DNA from: Macrostomum lignano
Lineage: Eukaryota
Assembly: GCA_002269645.1 (NCBI GenBank)
Contig: NIVC01003922.1
Coordinates: forward strand, 5,629-69,628
Direction: 5' to 3'
Length of the DNA stretch: 64,000 bases
Under the pieces are notes generated by a model. That model searched no databases. It had not been told where the DNA came from and was given only the letters and a program-made list of their open reading frames with translations. The translations under genes and the position numbers were made by a program. Positions 24,006 to 36,607 of the stretch are shown piece by piece (position 1 is the first letter of the stretch; every line of letters begins with the position of its first letter).

Positions 24006-25029
24006 TCCCGAGACTCATTGTATGGAAGAGGGAGTTCGTGAGTTTAGGCACCGACTTATTTTCCTCTGCTCCTTTCATTCCCTAGCTAGTCACTAGAGTG
24101 CCAAAGGCGAACTATTCAGATGCATTAGATGGTCAAGAGACGATCTTGTACAACAGACGTAGATATAAACATAATTCCTGCTTGAAAGCATATAATGGCA
24201 GTGTATAATTAGAGTTGGTAATTAATAAACTCACCAAATTGAGCTGCTTGCCAAGACACTGATGAATTCAAACAAAGTAGCCTACGAACGTAGCAAGTGG
24301 TTCAGGCTGCAGTTCTAAACACATCTTTATAAGGGCTAGCAGGCACCCCAACCCCACCCTTCGATCGATCGATAAAATTTAGAATAGACACTGCGCGCGG
24401 GTTTGGCCAGGGTAAGGAAATTGCCATGTCAGTCACCCCCGACCTCCCCCAGGTGTGGTGGGCGCACGATCTCGCACGATATATTGTGCGAGATGAAATG
24501 TAGATCTTAGCCTAATTAGCGCAGAAACGAACCCCACCCTGTCTAATGTGTTAATTAACCGTGCACACAATGAGCTGGCTCTTTGAATTTCATGATTTTC
24601 AGTGAGATCTAGTTTACTTCGCTTTGGTTGCTTTTGATTTGCATTTTGCACGTCAATTTTCATTTCATGTTGCATGAGTCGGTGACTCATTTGAGTTGAT
24701 TGTACCCTGTGGGCCTGAACGAGAGTTTGAAAAACCTGCGTCATTTGCCTTTCCATTTGCGATTGATTAAGCGTGCACAGAAATGACAAACTTGGTTAAT
24801 TATGATAACTTATTTCGAGAATTAGTCTGTGTAAGTGAGCTCATTTCAGTAGCTCTGTCAATGCTCTAGGGTGGCTGTTTTCAATTTTGCTGAGTAATTG
24901 TGTGCAAAAAAAACAATATATTATACTCGAATGTCGAGAACACACCTAGGTCGTATTGCACATCTTCACCAGAGTTCCCCTTCAAATTCGGCTTGTGCAC
25001 CAAAAACGTATGCATCTCCCTCTGTCCTA

Positions 25030-25400
25030 TATCTCCGCCCTCACCCGCCCTCTTCTTCCGCCTCTGCCCACCGCTCTCACCTACCCTCTCTTTTCCCTAG
25101 CCTGCCCTTTTCCTCCGCCCTCTACCGCCGTCTTCCTCCGCCCTCTTCTTCCGCCTTCGCCCACCGCCCTCTCCCTCCCCCCTAGCCTGCCATCTTCCTC
25201 CACCCTCTCTCGCCCTCTTCTTCCGCCCTCTACCGCCGTCTTCCTCCGCCCTCTTCTTCCGCCTTCGCCCACCGCCCTCTCCCTCCCCCCTAGCCTGCCA
25301 TCTTCCTCCACCCTCTCTCGCCCTCTTCTCCCGACCTCTCACGCCGTCTTCCTCCGCCGTCTTCCTCCGCCCTCTTCCTCTGCCCTCTCCCTCCGCCATC
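25030..25400. repeat. Pyrimidine-rich degenerate tandem repeat (about 108-nt period)
   Basis: tctaccgccgtcttcctccg recurs at 25121 and 25229. Confidence 0.8.
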
Positions 25401-26292
25401 TGTTCTTGTTTTCTAAATTTTATTTTTAGTTTTGCAGCATTGTAAAATAATTTTCAGAAAGTTAAGTTTAAATTTTACAGCGGAAATTAGTTGTGATTTC
25501 TGATTGAACAGTGCAAGTCTCATAAAAATCGGTTAAGCCCTTTTTTATCTAATCGATTACATAGAGCCAAACAAAAAATTTTCACCTGGGAACCAATGAC
25601 TGCCGTAAGTACATGTATTTGATTTTTTAAAGACGATGCACTGGAAGGCGAATTTGACAGGGCAAACTCTCAGTTGATACGAGTATGTTTGCTGATGCGG
25701 TCGGAAAAGTAAAACAAAAATATTATTATTATATAAATGAATGTCTTTCATAATATGCTGTGGAAGAAGACTGTTAAATAAAATGATTTTTTTGAGTAAA
25801 AAAAATTTTAAACAGATTTTGTTATAGTTTGAGCTGAACTTCAACTATAAATGGACAGTTGGTTAATGTATCTGTACAATGTAGCAATGTCCTGCCACCC
25901 CTCTGTCATGCAATAGGCTTGCACATAGAGGTCAGTGGGAACTACAAGTTCAGCGGGAAACACGCGAGCTCAGTCCGAACGACTGCAATTGCCGCATTTG
26001 CAGTTGAAAACGTGAAGGCCCGACGGAGTTTACAATGAGAAGAGAGGGTGTGGAGAACAATGGGGCGCTGCATGGCATTGACAGTACAAGTGTTGACTTC
26101 ATCTGACAATGCGCTTGCCAACTTGGTGAACAGCGGCGGACAAGCAGAGACCCTGAGGAGTAAACAGTTTTGTAATTCATAGATGATTGCGATCTGGGGA
26201 TTGCTTGCTATCTTGGGGATGCTTTTTTAGGGGGAATGCCTGCTATCTTTGCAAAGGCTTTATTTGTATAATTGCCACATCGCTGCTCACGG

Positions 26293-26735
26293 ATGATGGA
26301 GAATGCCCCACCACTGCCTACGGATGCTGGAGAATACCATCACTGCCTACGGATGCTGGATAATGCTCCATCACTGCCTAGGGATGCTGAAGAATGATCC
26401 ATCACTGCCTACGGATGCTGGAGAATGCTCCATCACTGCCTACGGATGCTGGAGAATGACCATCACTCCCTACAGGTGCTGGAAAATCCTTCATCATTGC
26501 CTACGGATGCTGGAGAGTGCCCATCACTGCCTACGGATGCTGGAGAGTGCCCATCACTGCCTACGGATGCTGGAGAATGACCATCACTCCCTACAGGTGC
26601 TGGAGAATGACCATCACTCCCTACAGGTGCTGGAGAATGACCATCACTCCCTACAGGAGCTGGAGAATGCTGCAGCACTGGCACAGGATGATGGAGAATG
26701 CTCCATCACTGCCTACGGATGCTGGAGAATGTCTG
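26293..26735. repeat. Second array of the same 30-nt minisatellite
   Basis: Same unit; the preceding about 300 bp (25985-26292) duplicates 22599-22905. Confidence 0.95.
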
Positions 26736-27544
26736 AGTGCTGCTCATGAATTGTGTTTTATCCTTGCTCATTGCCATTAGGGCCAAGTACATATGTTTAT
26801 GCGAGTAAATAATTCTTCCAACAAGCAATGCATCAAAATGTTTTTGACATTATCAACTAAGAAAATTATTCTAAATATATTTTTGAAATCTTGGAATTCT
26901 TTTAAATTCGTTTTTGAGTCAACAGTTCCCTAAACTTGTCCTAAATTGACTGGAAGAACAAAATGACAAAATAGTACAAAATGCCTTTAGAAAAAAGCAA
27001 AACAACAAGCATCAAGTAAAACGCGGATGTCAAAAACTATTATTGGAGAGCGCTTTCGCCGGTGGATGTTTCTTGGAAAATATAAAGGAGCTGAGGAAGA
27101 ACCGGCACCGAACAGCGAGCTTTGAAATAAACAGTTTTAATTGGGAAGACAGCAAGAAAATACCCAACCTAGAAGCAACGAAAAAGTAAATTAAAGCATT
27201 CGAAGGCACAAAACTGACATTTACAACAAACAAACAAAGCGATCTGGCTGTAGCAAGCATTTTACAGGAGTAATTATTGGCAGTGACAAATGTAAACTAG
27301 CATAATAAAAGTGCATTGCACCTCATCTGCTTTGGAAGATTAAATAAATTATTAACAACTTCATAACAGGCACTTAATCTGCCACCATTTTCAAGAGACT
27401 ATGAATATTTATTAGAACAGATATCCAATTCAGGTAACAACATGAAAATTATGGTTGGTAGGTTGACGAATATTCATAGCTGATATGCCTCGGAGGTTAA
27501 CAAAGCTACCATAAGCATTGAGTCTTAGGATCAAAAGGGAAGAG

Positions 27545-27782
27545 AGTCAGGGGGACACAGCAGGATGAGGGGGGCACAGCAGGGTCAGGGGGACACAGCA
27601 GGGTCAGGGGGACACAGCAGGGTCAGGGGGATCGACACAGCAGGGTCAGGGGGACACAGCAGGGTCAGGGGGACACAGCAGGATCAGGGGGACACAGCAG
27701 GGTCAGGGGGACACAGCAGGGTCAGGGGGACACAGCAGGGTCAGGGGGACACAGCAGGGTCAGGGGACACAGCAGGGTCAGA
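27545..27782. repeat. 19-nt G-rich minisatellite (agggtcagggggacacagc) in the probable PICK1 3' UTR
   Basis: About 12 copies between the PICK1 stop (27833) and a minus-strand AATAAA at 27413-27408. Confidence 0.9.
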
Positions 27783-27832
27783 TCCGACACAAGCCGATCG
27801 CAGAAGCGGCACTGAGAGTCAGGATACGCAGC

Positions 27833-30800
27833 TCAGTCCAGCTGCAGCAGCGGCTCATCAAAGGTCGCCCCGCTGGCAGGCCGGTGCAGCCCCGTTCGAC
27901 TCTGTGAGCGACCTCCGTCGACTTCTTCCCCGGCGCCGCCGCCGTCGGTGCAGTCCAGCATTTCGTCGTCGCGCTGAGAGGCGCCGAACTCGTCCCCGTC
28001 ATCATCATCGCCGAACTCCTCGTGTAGCGGCGTGGTGCTCTGGTACTGGAACGTGTTCTTAGTCAGGTCCATCTCGATTGGGAAAATTCTGCACGCCTTC
28101 ATCATCTCATGACAGTCGGTGTGGTACGTGCTCATGGCCTGCACGAGGCGCTGCAGCTGCGAGACCGTGTCCTGAACTGCGGGGGCGAGTGGGATCACGG
28201 AGACTCGTGCTCAAACTGAGGATCTGGGAGATGCTCTGCTCAAACTGAGGATCTGGGAGATGCTTTGCTCAAACTGAGGATCTGGGAGATGCTCTGCTCA
28301 AACTGAGGATCTGGGAGATGCTTTGCTCAAACTGAGGATCTGGGAGATGCTTTGCTCAAACTGAGGATCCGGGAGATGCTCTGCTCAAACTGAGGATCTG
28401 GGAGATGCTTTGCTCAAACTGAGGATCTGGGAGATGCTCTGCTCAAACTGAGGATCTGGGAGATGCTTTGCTCAAACTGAGGATCCGGGAGATGCTCTGC
28501 TCAAACTGAGGATCTGGGAGATGCTTTGCTCAAACTGAGGATCTGGGAGATGCTCTGCTCAAACTGAGGATCTGGGAGATGCTTTGCTCAAACTGAGGAT
28601 CTGGGAGATGCTTTGCTCAAACTGAGGATCCGGGAGATGCTCTGCTCAAACTGAGGATCTGGGAGATGCTTTGCTCAAACTGAGGATCTGGGAGATGCTC
28701 TGCTCAAACTGAGGATCTGGGAGATGCTTTGCTCAAACTGAGGATCCGGGAGATGCTCTGCTCAAACTGAGGATCTGGGAGATGCTTTGCTCAAACTGAG
28801 GATCTGGGAGATGCTCTGCTCAAACTGAGGATCTGGGAGATGCTTTGCTCAAACTGAGGATCTGGGAGATGCTCTGCTCAAACTGAGGATCTGGGAGATG
28901 CTTTGCTCAAACTGAGGATCTGGGAAATGCTTTGCTCAAACTGAGGATCTGGGAGATGCTTTGCTCAAACTGAGGATCTGGGAGATGCTTTGAACTCAAA
29001 CTGAGGATCTAGGAGATGCTTTGCTCAAACTGAGGATCTGGGAGATGCTTTGCTCAAACTGAGGATCTGGGAGATGCTTTGCTCAAAATGAGGATCTGGG
29101 AGATGCTTTGCTCAAACTGAGGATCTGGGAGATGCTTTGCTCAAACTGAGGATCTGGGAGATGCTCTGCTCAAACTGAGGATCTGGGAGATGCTTTGCTC
29201 AAACTGAGGATCTGGGAGATGCTTTGCTCAAACTGAGGATCGGGAGATGCTTTGCTCAAACTGAGGATCTGGGAGATGCTCTGCTCAAACTGAGGATCTG
29301 GGAGATGCTTTGCTCAAACTGAGGATCGGGAGATGCTTTGCTCAAACTGAGGATCTGGGAGATGCTCTGCTCAAACTGAGGATCTGGGAGATGCTTTGCT
29401 CAAACTGAGGATCTGGGAGATGCTTTGCTCAAACTGAGGATCTGGGAGATGCTTTGCTCAAACTGAGGATCTGGGAGATGCTCTGCTCAAACTGAGGATC
29501 TGGGAGATGCTCTGCTCAAACTGAGGATCTGGGAGATGCTTTGCTCAAACTGAGGATCTGGGAGATGCTCTGCTCAAACTGAGGATCTGGGAGATGCTTT
29601 GCTCAAACTGAGGATCTGGGAGATGCTTTGCTCAAACTGAGGATCCGGGAGATGCTCTGCTCAAACTGAGGATCTGGGAGATGCTTTGCTCAAACTGAGG
29701 ATCTGGGAGATGCTCTGCTCAAACTGAGGATCTGGGAGATGCTTTGCTCAAACTGAGGATCCGGGAGATGCTCTGCTCAAACTGAGGATCTGGGAGATGC
29801 TTTGCTCAAACTGAGGATCTGGGAGATGCTCTGCTCAAACTGAGGATCTGGGAGATGCTTTGCTCAAACTGAGGATCTGGGAGATGCTCTGCTCAAACTG
29901 AGGATCTGGGAGATGCTTTGCTCAAACTGAGGATCTGGGAAATGCTTTGCTCAAACTGAGGATCTGGGAGATGCTTTGCTCAAACTGAGGATCTGGGAGA
30001 TGCTTTGCTCAAACTGAGGATCTGGGAGATGCTTTGCTCAAACTGAGGATCTGGGAGATGCTTTGCTCAAACTGAGGATCTGGGAGATGCTTTGCTCAAA
30101 CTGAGGATCTGGGAGATGCTTTGCTCAAACTGAGGATCTGGGAGATGCTTTGCTCAAAATGAGGATCTGGGAGATGCTTTGCTCAAACTGAGGATCTGGG
30201 AGATGCTTTGCTCAAACTGAGGATCTGGGAGATGCTCTGCTCAAACTGAGGATCTGGGAGATGCTTTGCTCAAACTGAGGATCTGGGAGATGCTTTGCTC
30301 AAACTGAGCATCTGGGAGATGCTTTGCTCAAACTGAGGATCTGGGAGATGCTTTGCTCAAACTGAGGATCTGGGAGATGCTTTGCTCAAACTGAGGATCT
30401 GGGAGATGCTTTGCTCAAACTGAGGATTTGGGAGATGCTTTGCTCAAACTGAGGATCTGGGAGATGCTTTGCTCAAACTGAGGATCTGGGAGATGCTTTG
30501 CTCAAACTGAGGATTTGGGAGATGCTTTGCTCAAACTGAGGATCTAGGAGATGCTTTGCTCAAACTGAGGATCTGGGAGATGCTTTGCTCAAACTGAGGA
30601 TCTGGGAGATGCTTTGCTCAAACTGAGGATCTGGGAGATGCTGTGCTCAAACTGAGGATTTGGGAGATGCTTTGCTCAAACTGAGCATCTGGGAGATGCT
30701 TTACTCTCAAACTGAGGATCTGGGAGATGCTTTACTCTCAAACTGAGGATCTGGGAGATGCTTTGCTCAAACTGAGGATCTGGGAGATGCTTTGCTCAAA

Positions 30801-33800
30801 CTGAGGATCTGGGAGATGCTTTGCTCAAACTGAGGATCTGGGAGATGCTTTGCTCAAACTGAGGATCTGGGAGATGCTTTGCTCAAACTGAGGATCTGGG
30901 AGATGCTTTGCTCAAACTGAGGATCTGGGAGATGCTCTGCTCAAACTGAGGATCTGGGAGATGCTTTGCTCAAACTGAGGATCCGGGAGATGCTCTGCTC
31001 AAACTGAGGATCTGGGAGATGCTTTGCTCAAACTGAGGATCTGGGAGATGCTCTGCTCAAACTGAGGATCTAAGACAGCGGCTCACCATGCTTATTATCC
31101 AGCAGCTCGATCTTCACCAGCACATCGTTCCGCATTTTGGCGAACCGGGCTCGGGCCTCTTGGCGGCAGCGCAGAATCAGCCTGTGGTTTGAGGGGCGGA
31201 TAAAAAGTAGTTATTGGGGGCGGATAATGAATGATTCTCGGGGGGCGGATAATGGGTGATTCTGGGGGGCAGATAATGGGTGATTTTAGGGCGGATAATG
31301 GGTGATTCTGGGCGGATAATGGGTGATTCTGGGGCGGATAATGGGTGATTCTGGGGCGGATAATGGGTGATTCTGGGGCGGATAATGGGCGATTCTGGGG
31401 CGGATAATGGGTGATTCTGGGGCGGATAATGGGTGATTCTGGGGCGGATAATGGGCGATTCTGGGGCGGATAATGGGCGATTCTGGGGCGGATAATGGGT
31501 GATTCTAGGGCGGATAATGGGTGATTCTGGGGCGGATAATGGGTGATTCTGGGGCGGATAATGGGTGATTCTGGGGCGGATAATGGGTGATTCTGGGGCG
31601 GATAATGGGCGATTCTGGGGCGGATAATGGGCGATTCTGGGGCGGATAATGGGCGATTAGGCGGAAACAGGGAAAAGGACATAAATTTAGTGATTACTGT
31701 AACCTCACCTGTACTCATAGTTCCCCGTCTCCACTCTGTACAGAGGCTCCTGCAGTGCAATGTAGCTGTACTCTTCATCGTCCATCTCCTTCACCTTGAG
31801 GCAGTAGGACTGAAACATCAAATTATTTGATGTAATTACGATCTGTCATAACAAAAACAAGATTAACAATAACTATAAATAACAGTGAGTGTAAGCTTAC
31901 CAAGTATTCAAACTTGCTATCCAGGTACTTCTTAATTGTCAGTTTGGTATCTGGCACAGCCTTAGTAACAAAGGTGTTCATATCGCTGATCATCTGAAAA
32001 ATTTATATTAAATAAAAGTATTAAAATCCCGATATGTACCGCATACGACGTAACTATGCAGGAAACGCATAGCAACAAAAGATGACCAAAGTCAAGTCAG
32101 CTGACCCCCATGACGTGCCTTGACCCCATGACAGGGCTTGACCCCCTGACAGGGCTTGACCTCCATGACAGGGCTTGACCCTATGACAGACATTGACCCT
32201 ATGACAAACCTTGACCCTCAGGACAGGGCTTGACCTCCCTTGACAGGGCTTGACCCCCCCTTGACAGGGCTTGACCCCCCCCCTGACAGGGCTTGACCTC
32301 CATGACAGGGCTTGACCCCCATGACAGAGCTTGACCCCCATGACAGGGTTTGACCCCCCATGACAGGGCTTGACCGACCCCCATTACAGAGCTTGACCGA
32401 CCCCCATGACAGAGCTTGACCCCCATGACAGAGCTTGACCTCCATGACAGAGGTGGTCCGCACCGGCTTAATAGTTCTCAAGCAGTCGATGGCCGCCTGC
32501 TCCATCCGCCTGTGGATGCTGCCAAAGTGCGAGAAGGCCTCTGAGGCTCGCGGCTGCGGCTCCTTCACCCCGATCTCGGAGAACACCTCGCCGAAGGCCC
32601 GCTGCACCTGGCTGAGCCGGTAGAAGGACTTGATGAGCGCCTTGGCATGGTTCATCAGGCCGAAGAACATCCCGGCTGTGCTGTTCATCTCCTCCAGCTT
32701 CTTGATGAGGCCGTCTACGGAGGATTGAGGATGCTTGCTGCGTATTCATGTTCATAACTAAAGCTGTTATTTGGATGGGTTTCCTACATACATGTAAAGG
32801 ATCTGAACTCCCAGATTCAGGAGGTGGACTCTCAGTTTTGGATGTGGACTCTCAGATTCGGAATGTGGACTCCCAGATTCAGGAGTTGGACTCTCAGATT
32901 CGGAATGTGGACTCTCAGATTCGGAATGTGGACTCTCAGATTCAGGAGGTGGACTCTCAGATTCGGAATGTGGACTCTCAGATTCAGGAGGTGGACTCTC
33001 AGATTCGGAATGTGGACTCTCAGATTCAGGAGGTGGACTCTCAGTTTTGGATGTGGACTCTCAGATTCAGGAGGTGGACTCTCAGATTCAGGAGGTGGAC
33101 TCTCAGTTTTGAATGTGGACTCTCAGATTCAGGAGGTGGACTCTCAGTTTTGGATGTGGACTCTCAGATTCGAAATGTGGACTCCCAGATTCAGGAGGTG
33201 GACTCTCAGATTCGAAATGTGGACTCCCAGATTCGGAATGTGGACTCCCAGATTCAGGAGGTGGACTCTCAGATTCGGAATGTGGACTCCCAGATTCAGG
33301 AGGTGGACTCTCAGATTCGGAATGTGGACTCTCAGATTCGGAATGTGGACTCTCAGATTCGGAATGTGGACTCCCAGTTTCAGGAGGTGGACTCTCAGAT
33401 TCAGGAGGTGGATTCTCAGATTCAGAATGCGGACTCAGAATTTGAGGCAGAACAGCCAGCACACCCACCGTTGACCAGGATAGCGCGGGACAGCCCCAGT
33501 GCATCAGCCGTAGTGCTGGACATGGACTCAACCACTCGGTGCTTTGCCTTCTTCAGCACTGAAAAAATAAGTAAATAAATAGCACTGAAATAATTTTAAT
33601 AAAAGTAAATTGTTTTTTATTAAAAAATCGTTTCATACTACTTACCTATATCCAAAGACTTGCCCTGCTTAGGGTCGGCGTGAAGACAGTTGTACCCAAT
33701 GGTTACTTGGCTCTGCAAGTGTTGGCAATATTATAGGTGTTTAGTAGGGGGCTAAAAAGCACTCTGGCTCTGGAAAAGCACTCTGGAACTAAATCTCTCT

Positions 33801-36607
33801 GGCTCTGGGAATGCACTCTGGAACTAAATCTCTGGCTCTGGGAAAGCACTCTGGAACTAAATCTCTCTGGCTCTGGGAATGCACTCTGGAACTAAATCTC
33901 TCTGGCTCTGGGAAAGCACTCTGGAACTAAATCTCTCTGGCTCTGGGAATGCACTCTGGAACTAAATCTCTCTGGCTCTGGGAAAGCACTCTGGAACTAA
34001 ATCTCTCTGGCTCTGGGAATGCACTCTGGAACTAAATCTCTCTGGCTCTGGGAAAGCACTCTGGAACTAAATCTCTCTGGCTCTGGGAAGGCACTCTGGA
34101 ACTAAATCTCTCTGGCTCTGGAAAGCACTCTGGAACTAAATCTCTCTGGCTCTGGGAAGGCACTCTGGAACTAAATCTCTCTGGCTCTGGGAAAGCACTC
34201 TGGAACTAAATCTCTCTGGCTCTGGGAAGGCACTCTGGAACTAAATCTCTCTGGCTCTGGGAAAGCACTCTGGAACTAAATCTCTCTGGCTCTGGGAAAG
34301 CACTCTGGAACTAAATCTCTCTGGCTCTGGGAAGGCACACTGGAAATAAATCTCTCTGGCTCTGGGAAAGCACTCTGGAACTAAATCTCTCTGGCTCTGG
34401 GAAGGCACACTGGAAATAAATCTCTCTGGCTCTGGCCTCTGGGAAAGCACTCTGGAACTAAATTTCTCTGGCTCTGGGAAGGCACACTGGAACTAAATCT
34501 CTCTGGCTCTGGGAAGGCACTCTGGAACTAAATCTCTCTGGCTCTGGGAAGGCACTCTGGAACTAAATCTCTCTGGCTCTGGGAAGGCACACTGGAAATA
34601 AATCTCTCTGGCTCTGGGAAAGCACTCTGGAACTAAATCTCTCTGGCTCTGGGAAAGCACTCTGGAACTAAATCTCTCTGGCTCTGGGAAGGCACTCTGG
34701 AACTAAATCTCTCTGGCTCTGGGAAAGCACTCTGGAACTAAATCTCTCTGGCTCTGGAAGGCACACTGGAACTAAATCTCTCTGGCTCTGGGAAAGCACT
34801 CTGGAACTAAATCTCTCTGGCTCTGGGAAGGCACTCTGGAACTAAATCTCTCTGGCTCTGGGAAAGCACTCTGGAACTAAATCTCTCTGGCTCTGGGAAG
34901 GCACTCTGGAACTAAATCTCTCTGGCTCTGGGAAAGCACTCTGGAACTAAATCTCTCTGGCTCTGAGAAGGCACACTGGAACTAAATCCCTCTGGCTCTG
35001 GGAAGGCACACTGGAACTAAATCTCTCTGGCTCTGGGCACTCTGGTACTAAACAGTTGCACAATTCTCAGCATTTTAGAAAGCTTTGATATTACTCCAAA
35101 AGCTTAAAGTCAATCGTTACTCAGCTCACCTTGAAGCTCTGAATGAACCTGGCCACCTCCACTTTACTTTTGGACTTGACGCTCTGCCCGTTGACGCTGA
35201 CGATTTCGTCGCCACTTTTCAGCGTGCCATCCCTAGCGGCGGGGGTGTTGTCAAAGATCTGCACAACGTACAGGCAGGGACAGTAGGGCGCCCCGCCACC
35301 GATGCTGATCCCGATCAGATTCTGCCCGTCCTTTTCCAGGGTCACCACGCCGGAGGTGACCCGCATGCCCCTTGAGCGCGAGTGTGAAAAGTTTCAATCA
35401 GTTGGATCGCTAGCAAATTTACACTTTTAAAGCTGTTATTAAAAGTACTTGCACCGCTTAAGTGCATGCAGGAGATAGTTTATTTAAATAATGAAACTTC
35501 ACGATTTTGGATATCTCAGTTTTGTATTCCGGATGTGAACTCCGGGAATCAGAATATGAGCTTAGATTATTAGATTATTAGATGAGCTTAGATCTTAGAT
35601 TCAGAATGTGGGTTCGGGTTCTTAGATTCAAGGTGTGGGTTCTTAGATTCAGGGTGTGGGTTCTTAGATTCAAGGTGTGGGTTCTTAGATTCAGAATGTG
35701 GGTTCTTAGATTCAGGTTTGGGTTCTTAGATTCAAGGTGTGGGTTCTTATATTCAGGGTGTGGATTCTTAGATTCAGAATGTGGGTTCTTAGATTCAAGG
35801 TTTGGGTTCTTAGACTCAGGATGTGGATTCTTAGATTCAAGGTGTGGGTTCTTAGATTCAGGGTGTGGGTTCTTAGATTCAGGGTGTGGATTCTTAGATT
35901 CAGAATGTGGGTTTTTTAGATTCAAGGTGTGGGTTCTTAGATTCAGGGTGTGGATTCTTAGATTCAGGATGTGGATTCTTAAGTTCAGGCTGTGGATTCT
36001 TAGATTCAGGGTGTGGGCTCCTAAATTCAGGGTGTGGGCTCCTAAATTCAGGGTGTGGGTTCCTAAATTCAGGGTGTGGTTTCTTAGATTCAGGGTGTGG
36101 GTTCCTCAATTCAGGGTGTGGGTTCTTAGATTCAGAATGCGGGTTCTTAGATTTAAAGTGTGGGTTCTTGAATCTAGGGTGTGGGTTTTTAGATTTAAGA
36201 CATGGTTTTAATGGGCTCAGAGTTCTATGTTCTAGATAGCTTTCATAAAACTACATTTTTACATTAAAAAGACTGATTTTACAACCACATGATGAAAGCA
36301 TTTTAATGAAAAAAACGATGGCACAAAATATCAAATAAGGACAAACCAAAATTGAACTAGACATAACTGGCCAATGGTTTGGTAAAAGCAGAGACCCTAG
36401 CTAATTCAAAAGAAAAATAGAGTTTCTCTATTCAGAAGCACACTACAAAGTAAAAGAAGTAATCAAGGATTAAAAAGTTTTAGCTAAAAAGTCAAAGTTT
36501 AATTGTTACCTGCGATCTTGAGCAACTTTGCTAAGATCATCCCTATCAGTGGGATCATCACAGTAAGTGCTCAAGGGCAGATAGCCAGGTGGTATGTCAG
36601 GCTCCAT
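27833..36607 (-). CDS. PICK1: PICK1 (PDZ + BAR/arfaptin-homology domain), 9 coding exons, 459 aa
   Basis: Exons 36607-36510, 35370-35130, 33712-33646, 33558-33469, 32714-32464, 31993-31901, 31809-31709, 31181-31087, 28176-27833. All GT-AG, 1380 nt, in frame. Motifs EKDGQNLIGISIGGGAPYCPCLYVVQIFDNTPAA, ADALGLSRAIL, SYCLKVKEMDDEEY, GNYEYRLILRCRQEAR, FPIEMDL. Confidence 0.97.
28208..31071. repeat. 29-nt minisatellite (ctcaaactgaggatctgggagatgctttg), about 98 copies, PICK1 intron 8
   Basis: Period 29 (28210, 28239...); very homogeneous. Confidence 0.98.
31195..31660. repeat. 22-nt minisatellite (ggggcggataatgggtgattct), PICK1 intron 7
   Basis: Period 22 (31331, 31353...), about 21 copies. Confidence 0.95.
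32102..32450. repeat. 18-22-nt minisatellite (cccatgacagggcttgacc), PICK1 intron 5
   Basis: Core gacagggcttgac recurs with variable C-run length. Confidence 0.92.
32804..33440. repeat. 21-nt minisatellite (gtggactctcagattcaggag / ...cggaat), PICK1 intron 4
   Basis: Period 21, about 30 copies. Confidence 0.95.
33759..35050. repeat. 35-nt minisatellite (gcactctggaactaaatctctctggctctgggaaa), PICK1 intron 2
   Basis: Period 35 (33916, 33951...), about 37 copies. Confidence 0.97.
35590..36200. repeat. 21-nt minisatellite (gggtgtgggttcttagattca), PICK1 intron 1
   Basis: Period 21, about 29 copies. Confidence 0.95.

Noticed and set aside
25560-26200. Exon-like fragments (DALEGEFDRANSQLIR; DCNCRICS)
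   Set aside because: Short, interrupted by stops, and could not be linked into a gene or assigned to a family.
22886-26780. HHCLRMLEN-type ORFs
   Set aside because: Translations of the 30-nt minisatellite, with no independent coding evidence.
32748-36239. Long repetitive ORFs (VDSQIRN, GFLDSGC types)
   Set aside because: Products of 21-nt units in PICK1 introns; open in several frames and on both strands.
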